IMG/VR virus record: IMGVR_UViG_2529293142_000025
Location: 1-30,932 of that record
Source of the DNA: a virus
Taxonomy: Duplodnaviria; Heunggongvirae; Uroviricota; Caudoviricetes
DNA length: 30,932 nt
Strand: one strand, 5' to 3'
The notes beneath the pieces are model-generated. The model was not told the origin of the DNA, did not search any database, and saw only the letters and a list, made by a program, of their open reading frames with translations. Made by a program: the position numbers and the translations under genes. Positions 10,227 through 17,626 of this stretch are shown here, piece by piece; the first letter of the stretch is position 1, and every line of letters begins with the position of its first letter.

Positions 10227-10941
10227 TGAGGTCACGCTCTCCATTGCCATCATCAATACCTGCATCACGGCGAAGACGATCAGCCTCCAGAGACACCTTA
10301 TCGGTGGCGGCCTTGCGGTAGGCTGTATCAGCAAATATTTTTCCTACCGTCGCAAGCGTGCCAACGATGGACTCAATACGAACTGTATTGCGCATCATTG
10401 CTTTCTCGGCGGCGCTGATATTTTCCATCAGCATCTTCCTTTCCTGGTCCCCATTAGCATCTTCCAGCGACACCAGCCACCGACCAATATTCTCTGCAGC
10501 GACAAGGTTGTTAGCACGAAGGCGAAATAATTCGTCCTCGAGCGTCAACGCTTTAGCGTCCTCTATCACCTCATCTTTGAGCAGAAGGCGACGGGCATAA
10601 CCACCGTGTTTTAATGCCTGCTGGTTACCGGGTTGGAATGGGTTAGTCGGGGGATCGGTACGCATTCCGCGTATCGGTTTCGTATCCGGTGTAGCTTCTG
10701 TTTTTGGTTGCGTACCTTTTTGTGTAAGGCCAGTAATGGCAGGCTTTCTGCTGGTACGCACTTTTCTTTTTTGCGTACCATTTTTGCAAACCTGCGTACC
10801 GCCACTGCGTACCCAACCAAGCTTTTTAGCCCTCTTCCTGATAGCCCCTTCTGTTACGCCATATTTCTCGCCTATATCACGGAGGCTAAGGACTCCGGCC
10901 CGGTATGCCGTTTCGATGGCCTCCCAGTCCGGTTTTGCCAT
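10192..10941 (-). CDS. terminase small subunit (HTH DNA-binding)
   Basis: 249 aa ORF directly upstream of large subunit; N-terminal HTH-like LSLRDIGEKYGVTEGAIRKRAKKLGW. Confidence 0.6.
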   Translation of the reverse strand: MAKPDWEAIETAYRAGVLSLRDIGEKYGVTEGAIRKRAKKLGWVRSGGTQVCKNGTQKRKVRTSRKPAITGLTQKGTQPKTEATPDTKPIRGMRTDPPTNPFQPGNQQALKHGGYARRLLLKDEVIEDAKALTLEDELFRLRANNLVAAENIGRWLVSLEDANGDQERKMLMENISAAEKAMMRNTVRIESIVGTLATVGKIFADTAYRKAATDKVSLEADRLRRDAGIDDGNGERDLNDFYSDIQTDA

Positions 10942-10999
10942 GAATTTTTCCTCTTAGTGACATTATCGCAGCCCCTCACCGAAGGGCTGCTGTAATGCC

Positions 11000-11188
11000 T
11001 TAACCCAGTTTCGCTCGCACCAGAGCATCTTTTGCTTCAAGCAATTTACGTAACCCAGCCGACTTTTCCGGACCGTCTGGCAAAGATTCATCCATTACTC
11101 TTGCCAGTTCACCAATTGGCTTACTCACTTCCTTTAACGAAGTCGGAAGATGCTCATAATTGAAATATTTCATAATTGACGATTCCAT
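11000..11188 (-). CDS. small hypothetical protein upstream of terminase
   Basis: 62 aa; AAGGAGA SD placed 6 nt before the second ATG of the track ORF. Confidence 0.35.
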   Translation of the reverse strand: MESSIMKYFNYEHLPTSLKEVSKPIGELARVMDESLPDGPEKSAGLRKLLEAKDALVRAKLG

Positions 11189-11220
11189 CATTTCTCCTTA
11201 GTAAAACAATTATCAGGCGA

Positions 11221-11402
11221 TCAGTTCTGCATACACTGCCGGACACCGTCGACAATTTCACAGACCTGAGAAGCTGTATCGAAAAGCTGGCGCGCCTTAT
11301 CCAGGCTGACGCATCCCACCAGGAAAAAGGCACCAGTATCGCTACCAGTGCCCATTTCGCCGCCGTTCGCGGCATTCTGTGTGTCCAGTGTTTTCGGCTC
11401 AT
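11221..11402 (-). pseudogene. lysis-associated lipoprotein (Rz1/o-spanin-like), frame broken in a homopolymer run
   Basis: ATG 11400-11402 with AGGTG SD encodes MSRKHWTHRMPRTAAKWALVAILVPF...; the next frame reads ...FFLVGCVSLDKARQLFDTASQVCEIVDGVRQCMQN-stop at 11221; one extra base in the run at 11324-11328 (T5 on the coding strand) yields a 61 aa lipoprotein precursor with basic n-region, hydrophobic core and LVGC lipobox. Confidence 0.45.
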
Positions 11403-11416
11403 AACACACCTGGTTA

Positions 11417-11800
11417 TCAGCGTTTCAACTGAAAGTGAGGCCCGTCTTTCAGTGTTTTCCAGTCCCCGCCCCATTCGATGGCAGTTCCCAGCTCTGCGGC
11501 AGCCTGCTTAAATGCCTGCGCGATTTTCTCGTACAGAGGCCAGTCCCATGACACCTGGCTGCCAATGTAGGCCACAACATCCACCGCATCACCGGTCAGG
11601 TGGCGGCTGTTCATGGTCTGGCTCTTGCCTTCTGCAACCAGCTGTTTCTGGCGTTCTTTCGTGCGCAGACCTTCTGTAACACCGAAATCAACCTCCGTCA
11701 GCTCCAGCGCACGGCGAACGACAGCAACCAGCTGTGGTTTGACGCCCTCCAGATTTTTTTCACTGCGACGACTGAATCTGAATTTACCCGACATGCTCAC
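11417..11800 (-). CDS. endolysin, peptidase M15 (L-alanyl-D-glutamate/D-Ala-D-Ala peptidase type)
   Basis: 127 aa with H..D and GGDW-type motifs of M15 peptidases; sits in the lysis cassette after holin genes. Confidence 0.65.
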   Translation of the reverse strand: MSMSGKFRFSRRSEKNLEGVKPQLVAVVRRALELTEVDFGVTEGLRTKERQKQLVAEGKSQTMNSRHLTGDAVDVVAYIGSQVSWDWPLYEKIAQAFKQAAAELGTAIEWGGDWKTLKDGPHFQLKR

Positions 11801-12072
11801 CTCCGGAATGAAAGGATTTTTGAAACGTTCCCGCGTGCGCGTATTACCAGCACGCAGAACAGCAAATTAAGCCCCACCGCCAGCCAGTTCGCCGCTAACG
11901 GGCGACCACACAGATAGCTGAGGGGCGCAAAGGCATACAGCAGCATCAGCAGCCAGGCCAGCCATGACATCAGCGGTTTGTGTCTGGAGTCACGACGACG
12001 ATAAAAAAAGAGCGTCAGCACGATAACCGTGCATAACGCCACATTCAGCAATCCGGGAAGGTTACTTAACAT
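11797..12072 (-). CDS. small multi-TM membrane protein (holin/antiholin-like)
   Basis: about 91 aa with 2-3 hydrophobic segments; ATGA coupling to endolysin start at 11797-11800. Confidence 0.4.
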   Translation of the reverse strand: MLSNLPGLLNVALCTVIVLTLFFYRRRDSRHKPLMSWLAWLLMLLYAFAPLSYLCGRPLAANWLAVGLNLLFCVLVIRARGNVSKILSFRR

Positions 12073-12454
12073 TGCCGCCTCCTCCACCCCGCAGGCGGGA
12101 GAACAGGCCGGACACCAGTGATGCGATATCCTGCTGGTGGATGAACGACAGAATCTTCACCGACACCACCGCCACCAGCACCGCACACAGTGCATCCGCA
12201 GATGTACCGTCATAACCTGTTTTTGATGCAATCCAGGCTGACAGTACACGCGCCCCCAGTACACCAACAATGAACGACACCAGAAAATGTGCCGCCACAC
12301 GCCAGGCTGAAATCTTCTGCGGCATCGTTGCCACAAACAACGCCCCGGCGAACGCACCAAACACAATCCCGAAATCCGTTCCGGTAAACAGCCCGAATAC
12401 CGTCGCCCCGCCGAGCGCCGCAGCCGTGCCGGAACCGGATAAGGGTTCAGACAT
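12062..12454 (-). CDS. putative holin
   Basis: 130 aa Gly/Ala-rich membrane protein starting MSEPLSGSGTAAALGG; AGGAG SD 8 nt upstream of ATG 12452-12454; the track ORF upstream extension is not supported. Confidence 0.5.
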   Translation of the reverse strand: MSEPLSGSGTAAALGGATVFGLFTGTDFGIVFGAFAGALFVATMPQKISAWRVAAHFLVSFIVGVLGARVLSAWIASKTGYDGTSADALCAVLVAVVSVKILSFIHQQDIASLVSGLFSRLRGGGGGNVK

Positions 12455-12472
12455 ACTTTTTCTCCTGTAAAT

Positions 12473-12494
12473 AAAAAAGGGCCACCAGCGGCCC
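12473..12494 (-). terminator. Rho-independent terminator between cargo cassette and holin
   Basis: minus-strand hairpin GGGCCGCTGGTGGCCC followed by TTTTTT. Confidence 0.5.
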
Positions 12495-12545
12495 GTAAAA
12501 AACAACACCCCGTCAAAGGCACCCGCAGATGCCTTTTGTGTGGTG

Positions 12546-12698
12546 TTATTCAGATTTGCGCAGTAAAGGCCGGAGTACGGCCAGCGCCATCGCCACCAGC
12601 ACACCATCTGCCAGCACCGACATCAGCCGTCCGGTGAAATCCACCACCACTACCAGAAACAGCAGGATGGCAGCCAGCACAAGGCGCGCACTTTTCAC
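12546..12698 (-). CDS. small hydrophobic protein (50 aa, two predicted TM segments)
   Basis: GTG start with GGAG SD 8 nt upstream, overlapping the stop of the TerB-like gene; VKSARLVLAAILLFLVVVVDF...; below the ORF-track size cutoff. Confidence 0.3.
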   Translation of the reverse strand: MKSARLVLAAILLFLVVVVDFTGRLMSVLADGVLVAMALAVLRPLLRKSE

Positions 12699-13120
12699 AG
12701 GTACTGCTCCAGCGGTAACTGCAGCGCCTGAGCAATTTTCTTGAGCTGTGCTTCTTCATCCGGACCAATGCCATCCTGGTCAGCGATATCCAGACACAGG
12801 CACAGCACATTAACTGCATCATCAGTACCGGCAACATCAGCCAGCTGACGAAGGGCTTCGGCATTGGCAGAACGCGGCGACGCTTCATAACGGGCGCGGA
12901 TATTTGCACTCATTTGTGCAATCTCACCGGAGAACGGCGCAAAGGCAGGAAGTGCTGCAATGGTTTTCTCCAGTACCGCGACTTCTTTCGCGTCACAGGT
13001 GTCGTCAGCATATGCAATGGAATACGCGCCCCAGACGGTCGCCTCCACTGCGTCGCGGTTCTCCATCTTCTTCACTTCGGTAATGGCCTTGCGGGTTTTC
13101 TTTTTGAAAATACCAAACAT
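12695..13120 (-). CDS. TerB-like domain protein (cargo gene)
   Basis: 141 aa; two repeats of the pattern hydrophobic-A-x-D-[DG]-x4-E (AYADDTCDAKE and DIADQDGIGPDEE) as in TerB/DjlA-N helical domains; memory-based. Confidence 0.45.
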   Translation of the reverse strand: MFGIFKKKTRKAITEVKKMENRDAVEATVWGAYSIAYADDTCDAKEVAVLEKTIAALPAFAPFSGEIAQMSANIRARYEASPRSANAEALRQLADVAGTDDAVNVLCLCLDIADQDGIGPDEEAQLKKIAQALQLPLEQYL

Positions 13121-13493
13121 CGTGACTTTTCCTTTTAGTGGGTGAGCCTGCGCCCGGGGGTGACCAGCCCACAGAGAAAGTCACACTGACCATCCCGTAA
13201 GCTCACCCCTGAAAGGCTCTGTGGTTTTTGATGTGCGCCGGGCGTGGCGCGAAGAAATGAAATAAAGCTTATCTGAAATTAAGGTTAATACGGGGATTTA
13301 AACCATTTTTAAAGCTTAGTAATATCAACTCGTCTCCCGGAGGAGACAGATGCTTATGATTCTTCACGGACTTTGTCCCGCGGCTTTAATCCGACGGCCG
13401 CGCCTTTTTTCACCCTCCCGCAAATTGCTAACCAAGGACCTTGTCCCACGAGTATTCCAGAATGCTCGTGTCTTTTTTTGTCCGGAGAAGAAA

Positions 13494-13518
13494 TAAAAAA
13501 ACCGCCCGGTGGAGGCGG
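13494..13518 (-). terminator. Rho-independent terminator downstream of the tRNA genes
   Basis: minus-strand hairpin CCGCCTCCACCGGGCGG followed by TTTTTTT. Confidence 0.5.
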
Positions 13519-13800
13519 TAAAGGATGTATTTCCAGGTTTTGCTTAGTATATGATTAATCTCAATGTCATTTTTAGCGATGTTTACAACATCGGGATGGC
13601 ACATCACCGACCCTGTCAGGAAATACAAAATCTCCACCGACAATGCGCCATTCCGATGTTATAAAAAAATCAGCACTGATACCGTAATAAATAACATTCA
13701 TTACAGGACGGGATGTAGTAAGGAGTCAGGGTAAAACAAAAACATCCCACACATATAATGTGTCAGTGCCTAACACAACCTAGCATCTATTGTCCTCTGC

Positions 13801-13875
<75 letters not shown>

Positions 13876-13878
13876 ATA

Positions 13879-13954
<76 letters not shown>

Positions 13955-14202
13955 ATTGGCTCTTCAGGGGAGCGATATCACCGCTCAAAGAAGAGTTCCC
14001 CCTCAGAGCCGTTTTCGATGATACGATTTAATACTCCAATCGCAACAACACCTTGCGTCAAGTTATGTAAATTTATTTATATGTTTTTATTTTATGTGAA
14101 TAATTCACTTTCACTTAAAATATAAATGACAATATATAAACAAATTTATTTTGAAGGCGATTATTAAATGTCGTTTCTGATATCACGCCCCAGAAACAAC
14201 AA

Positions 14203-14222
14203 AACCCGCTCAATGGCGGGTT
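14203..14222 (-). terminator. terminator after roi-like gene
   Basis: minus-strand hairpin AACCCGCCATTGAGCGGGTT followed by T-rich tract. Confidence 0.4.
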
Positions 14223-14317
14223 CTGGTAAAGTTCATGCGCTTGATTCGCCTCGCGATACAGCTTTGCGAAGCGTACCGGAATTGAAGCAGTTTATGGCTA
14301 AAATTGCAAGAACTTTT

Positions 14318-14929
14318 TTAAAGCTGCATCAGCCTTTCCACCAGTTTATCTCTGCGAACAACAAACCAACCATTGGCTCTCGCCAGTTCCAGCCATGACT
14401 CAAGGGAAATAACAATATCATCATCCCGCAACTGAATTGTGGAAACAGTGACACCGCCTCGCTGATAACAGAGAACTCGCGTGTCGTAACTTTTCTGGCA
14501 TGAAGCTGGCGCTGACAGATCCTTTTGTCTGAAATAGCAGTCTTCCAGTTTTTCGAACACATCCCACGCCTGATCGGTTTCGAGCATTTTGGCGTGACGG
14601 GCTGCGCCTCGTTCTGTCCAGAGGATAAGGGAGCGGGCTTTCGGGGAAATTTGTAACCCTCTTAAAGATGGTTGCAAATTTTGTGAGTTACTTAAAGTAA
14701 CCCGCAAATTTTGTGAGTAGTTTAAAGCTACCCGCAATTCTTTAAGGTCATTACCAACAACTTTGAAAAAGTGTTTCCCTTCAACGAAGCGTGCTTTGTT
14801 CTCATGATGATTCTGGCGAATACGCACCGGCTCAGTGCCGTAAAGCTGCGCCAAAAGTTCGGTGGTAATAACAGGAATCTGGTTATGGGTGATAGGGGAG
14901 AGAGTTTCAACAGAAATTTGAGTTGTCAT
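14318..14929 (-). CDS. antirepressor-like DNA-binding protein (KilA-N/ORF6N-type, Roi-like)
   Basis: 203 aa; N-terminal ...LLAQLYGTEPVRIRQNHHENKARFVEGKHFFKVVGNDLKEL and ...SLILWTERGAARHAKMLETDQAWDVFEKLE resemble the two halves of the KilA-N/ORF6N fold; first gene after the late promoter. Confidence 0.5.
   Translation of the reverse strand: MTTQISVETLSPITHNQIPVITTELLAQLYGTEPVRIRQNHHENKARFVEGKHFFKVVGNDLKELRVALNYSQNLRVTLSNSQNLQPSLRGLQISPKARSLILWTERGAARHAKMLETDQAWDVFEKLEDCYFRQKDLSAPASCQKSYDTRVLCYQRGGVTVSTIQLRDDDIVISLESWLELARANGWFVVRRDKLVERLMQL
14671..14733. repeat. about 30 bp tandem direct repeat (2.5 copies) inside the roi-like gene
   Basis: GGTTGCAAATTTTGTGAGTTACTTAAAGTAACC / CGCAAATTTTGTGAGTAGTTTAAAGCTACCC / GCAATTCTTTAAGG on plus strand. 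Confidence 0.7.
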
Positions 14930-15090
14930 AATGACGCCCTCTGGTGGTTTCTTAATAACTCACCACCGACGACGCCAATCGTCTGGTGGTGAACTGTGCA
15001 GGGTTGGCGTAACCGGGAAACCGACCGGCGCGGATCTCTCCGCCCCCACACAGCCCACCATAATTCAGATGTGCGCGTGCATACGACAAT

Positions 15091-15112
15091 AAAAAACACG
15101 CTCGCGGCGTGT
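15091..15112 (-). terminator. tR-prime-like terminator downstream of late promoter
   Basis: minus-strand hairpin ACACGCCGCGAGCGTGT followed by TTTTTTATT. Confidence 0.5.
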
Positions 15113-15173
15113 ATCTGTCGCGGTCTCTATCCAGGACGCCAATCCCGACGCCAGATTTTGCTGGCGCGTGAGG

Positions 15174-15203
15174 AATATAGCCCCGGATAACAGATTGAGT
15201 CAA
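15174..15203 (-). promoter_or_regulatory. late promoter (pR-prime-like), Q-dependent antitermination region
   Basis: minus strand TTGACT, 18 nt spacer, TATATT; the -35 overlaps the Q stop codon, as in lambda. Confidence 0.5.
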
Positions 15204-15754
15204 CAGACGGTTTTTAGATCCCCGGAAGAGAATGCATCACGCATCGGCAGATAGAGCATAAACTCTGCCATTTTCAACCACGCATCTATGCGATTACGGC
15301 ACGTGGCGTAACACCACTCAGGGTGTGAACCATTCAGCAATTCAGCCATTTTTCGCTTAGTCATCCCCCTCCCTTCATATCGTTGCCGGAGGATACAAAT
15401 CAATCCTGGGTGTTCTGCCAGCACTTCACTAATCACCCGATCAATGCATAACGCCTCTGAATCGGTACAATGTACCAGCCAGCTCTTTTGCTTGCCGTTA
15501 ATCATATCCCGCAAAAAAGCCTCAAGTTCAGGTTTGTCCAGACCTGCTTTTTTCATCCTCCGGAGCGCCTCGTTAATTGCCGTTTTTGTCAGCTTTTTAG
15601 AGGCCAGCAACTGGTTGAACATATTTCCCGTCTTACCGCCGCCAATATACGACCAGCGCCCCCACATGCGCAGTTTTCCCTGAATCCAGACACTTTCCAA
15701 CGTGGTGAGACGAAGGTGTTCCCCGCTTTTGCCTGTATTTGTTGGGTAAATCAT
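15200..15754 (-). CDS. late-gene antiterminator Q-like protein
   Basis: 184 aa from ATG 15752-15754; position at end of nin region directly before the late promoter; the N-terminal extension in the track ORF overlaps the upstream gene. Confidence 0.55.
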   Translation of the reverse strand: MIYPTNTGKSGEHLRLTTLESVWIQGKLRMWGRWSYIGGGKTGNMFNQLLASKKLTKTAINEALRRMKKAGLDKPELEAFLRDMINGKQKSWLVHCTDSEALCIDRVISEVLAEHPGLICILRQRYEGRGMTKRKMAELLNGSHPEWCYATCRNRIDAWLKMAEFMLYLPMRDAFSSGDLKTVC

Positions 15755-16041
15755 AAATAACCTTCCTTTCTCCAGATTTCTTGTGTGCGAAAAACACCTT
15801 CTGCATGCATCAGGCGCAATTCTTCTTTGGTGTAATCGCTGGTTTTTACCCGCCCGTCGATTAAATCGTGGCACGAGCTACAGGCAATCGCTGCCTGCAT
15901 ATCGTGTGGTTTTGTCGCTGTTCCGCACGTCCCCGCCAGCCTGTAATGCGCCAGCACAGATGTTTCGGGATTGTGATTGCAGTAGCCAGGAATTCTGACG
16001 GTGCACATCTGCCCCCGCGCCGCTTTACGTAAATCCACCAT
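15751..16041 (-). CDS. Cys-rich nin-region protein (YbcO/DUF1364-like)
   Basis: 96 aa with several Cys/His (CTVRIPGYCNH...CSSCHDL); stop overlaps Q start. Confidence 0.45.
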   Translation of the reverse strand: MVDLRKAARGQMCTVRIPGYCNHNPETSVLAHYRLAGTCGTATKPHDMQAAIACSSCHDLIDGRVKTSDYTKEELRLMHAEGVFRTQEIWRKEGYL

Positions 16042-16640
16042 TACGCAAACTCCAGCAGCTGCGCGGCCACATTTTCGACTTCCTCCGGAGAGGAGAATTT
16101 ACGGAACAGGATCCAGTTCCACAGCACATTCAGTACGGCTTTATAAACCTGCTGAAACTCGGTTTCGTCCATATTCGCAAAAGCGATGGATTTCGCCCGA
16201 CGCCCGTGGCTACCGTCCGGATAAATATGCTCGGTGTAAAATCCGGCCTGAATGGTTACCCACTCGCGGAAAGCGTCAAACGACTTTAGCAATGCCGTAT
16301 CCCGGGTTCTGCGTGTCGCAACTGTATTCAGATATTGCTCTGCGGCTTCGCTCAGAGCTGGCGTATGTTCCCGGCCTACTGATTCGCACAGATAATCAAC
16401 GAAACCGGACACCAGTTTTCGTTCGCGAGGCGTGATCGCCCCTCCGACTGGAGTCCAGTAATCGAATCCCAGTTGCAGGAGTTTGAAAAAACGCTTGTGG
16501 AATGCGTAGTTACGAACGCGCTTAAAATCAGCGTGTATCCACTCGCCTATTTTGATTTGATGCAGAAAATCGCAACTCTCCGGCGTCGCCGGGAGAAGTA
16601 ATCCGGAAGAGGTTTGTTTGACCAGTTGTATATGCGCCAT
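16041..16640 (-). CDS. nin-region protein of unknown function (DUF1367-like)
   Basis: 199 aa ORF coupled to the downstream gene. Confidence 0.4.
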   Translation of the reverse strand: MAHIQLVKQTSSGLLLPATPESCDFLHQIKIGEWIHADFKRVRNYAFHKRFFKLLQLGFDYWTPVGGAITPRERKLVSGFVDYLCESVGREHTPALSEAAEQYLNTVATRRTRDTALLKSFDAFREWVTIQAGFYTEHIYPDGSHGRRAKSIAFANMDETEFQQVYKAVLNVLWNWILFRKFSSPEEVENVAAQLLEFA

Positions 16641-16711
16641 CGTAGTTCTCCGCTGGCGCAGTAGAATGGGTGTTCAGCCCGTTATGTAGTATACCAGAAT
16701 TAATGCCAATA

Positions 16712-16963
16712 CTAACAGGATGCTCTGACTCGCAATTCATCCAGCAGTTTATCATTTCCCATAATGTCACTTACCCTCATCGGTAAAAAAATTGCCTTTC
16801 GACCATTACGATACATCATTGATTTTTTAGTTTCAGGGAAGTAATCCATTTCGACTATAACTGACAGGTCATCACGACGTATGACTGCATATTTGCTACT
16901 AAATAGTTTCTTTATTTTTTCCACGATGCCTCCAGGTTTATAAGTACAAACGGTTATATCCAC
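16712..16963 (-). CDS. hypothetical protein in AT-rich island
   Basis: 83 aa ORF with GTG start and no clear SD; low GC context. Confidence 0.25.
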   Translation of the reverse strand: MDITVCTYKPGGIVEKIKKLFSSKYAVIRRDDLSVIVEMDYFPETKKSMMYRNGRKAIFLPMRVSDIMGNDKLLDELRVRASC

Positions 16964-17105
16964 ATAGAGACAAAAATATTAATCTGAAAAATATTTATTT
17001 CACGTCGTATATTTGATTATTTAATGTGCAGGTGCAATGACTTTTATTTTTGTTGTGTATATAATCAAATATATGGTTATTTTTCACCCTGCGTATTCAG
17101 CGCGC

Positions 17106-17129
17106 AACAAAAAACCCGCCGAAGCGGGT
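17106..17129 (-). terminator. Rho-independent terminator of hok transcript
   Basis: minus-strand hairpin AACCCGCTTCGGCGGGTT followed by TTTTTTG. Confidence 0.55.
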
Positions 17130-17198
17130 TAAGTGCGGGTGCGTTGAGGATGCCTGACACATCAGAGGTGGCGAGGGATTTCTCCCTCGCCTGGTCTC

Positions 17199-17354
17199 TT
17201 ACTCCTCAGGTTCGTAAGCTGTGAAGACAACGACCTCCGTCTGGCCGGTTCGGATTCGTACCTCGCAGAGGTCTTTCCTCGTTACCAGTGCCGTCACAAT
17301 GACGGTTAAACAGATGACGATCAGGGCGATTAACATCGCCTTTTGCTGCTTCAT
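17199..17354 (-). CDS. hok: Hok/Gef family type I toxin
   Basis: 51 aa MKQQKAMLIALIVICLTVIVTALVTRKDLCEVRIRTGQTEVVVFTAYEPEE; an in-frame upstream mok-like extension starts at 17411; structured leader with inverted repeats at 17451-17490. Confidence 0.8.
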   Translation of the reverse strand: MKQQKAMLIALIVICLTVIVTALVTRKDLCEVRIRTGQTEVVVFTAYEPEE

Positions 17355-17542
17355 AGCCTGCTTCTCCTTGACCTTTCGGTCCGTAAGAGGCAATCTATAT
17401 GTGTCTAGCATATAGGGGCCTCACTTCGATTTATAGTCGGGTGGGGCTTTTATCTATCTGCCGTTGGTGTTCATGCCTGAGGCAGATAGCCTCAAGCACC
17501 CGCAGCAATTCTACTTAACTCTCCTTTTCCCGCAAACCGTTT

Positions 17543-17626
17543 TTATCCCCAGCGGCAAATCGAATACACCACCAGCGCCACCGCCATCGCAATTCCTACC
17601 GTTGTGAATGCTTCAGGCCAGGTCAT
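17543..17626 (-). CDS. 27 aa hydrophobic peptide
   Basis: MTWPEAFTTVGIAMAVALVVYSICRWG; strong SD GGAGGTGA; ATG overlaps the TGA of the upstream gene (ATGA coupling). Confidence 0.3.
   Translation of the reverse strand: MTWPEAFTTVGIAMAVALVVYSICRWG

Noticed and set aside
8823-10334. Long N-terminal extension of terminase large subunit in the ORF track
   Set aside because: The extension overlaps the terminase small subunit by 143 nt; an internal ATG at 10226 or 10244 gives a normal Walker-A-proximal N-terminus.
11154-11474. 106 aa minus-strand ORF spanning endolysin end to terminase region
   Set aside because: Composite frame: only its first 30 or so codons after ATG 11402 look real (lipoprotein signal peptide); the rest is out-of-frame read-through.
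12062-12607. 181 aa version of the holin ORF
   Set aside because: The upstream 51 codons run through a terminator hairpin and the small membrane ORF; ATG 12452-12454 has a proper AGGAG SD.
12550-12909. 119 aa minus-strand ORF
   Set aside because: Lies out of frame inside the TerB-like gene and runs through the small membrane ORF; Cys/Arg-rich non-protein-like composition.
13428-13643. 71 aa minus-strand ORF
   Set aside because: Reads straight through a strong Rho-independent terminator hairpin; AT-rich non-coding region downstream of the tRNAs.
14168-14398. 76 aa plus-strand ORF
   Set aside because: Overlaps the roi-like gene 3-prime end and its terminator on the opposite strand; no SD.
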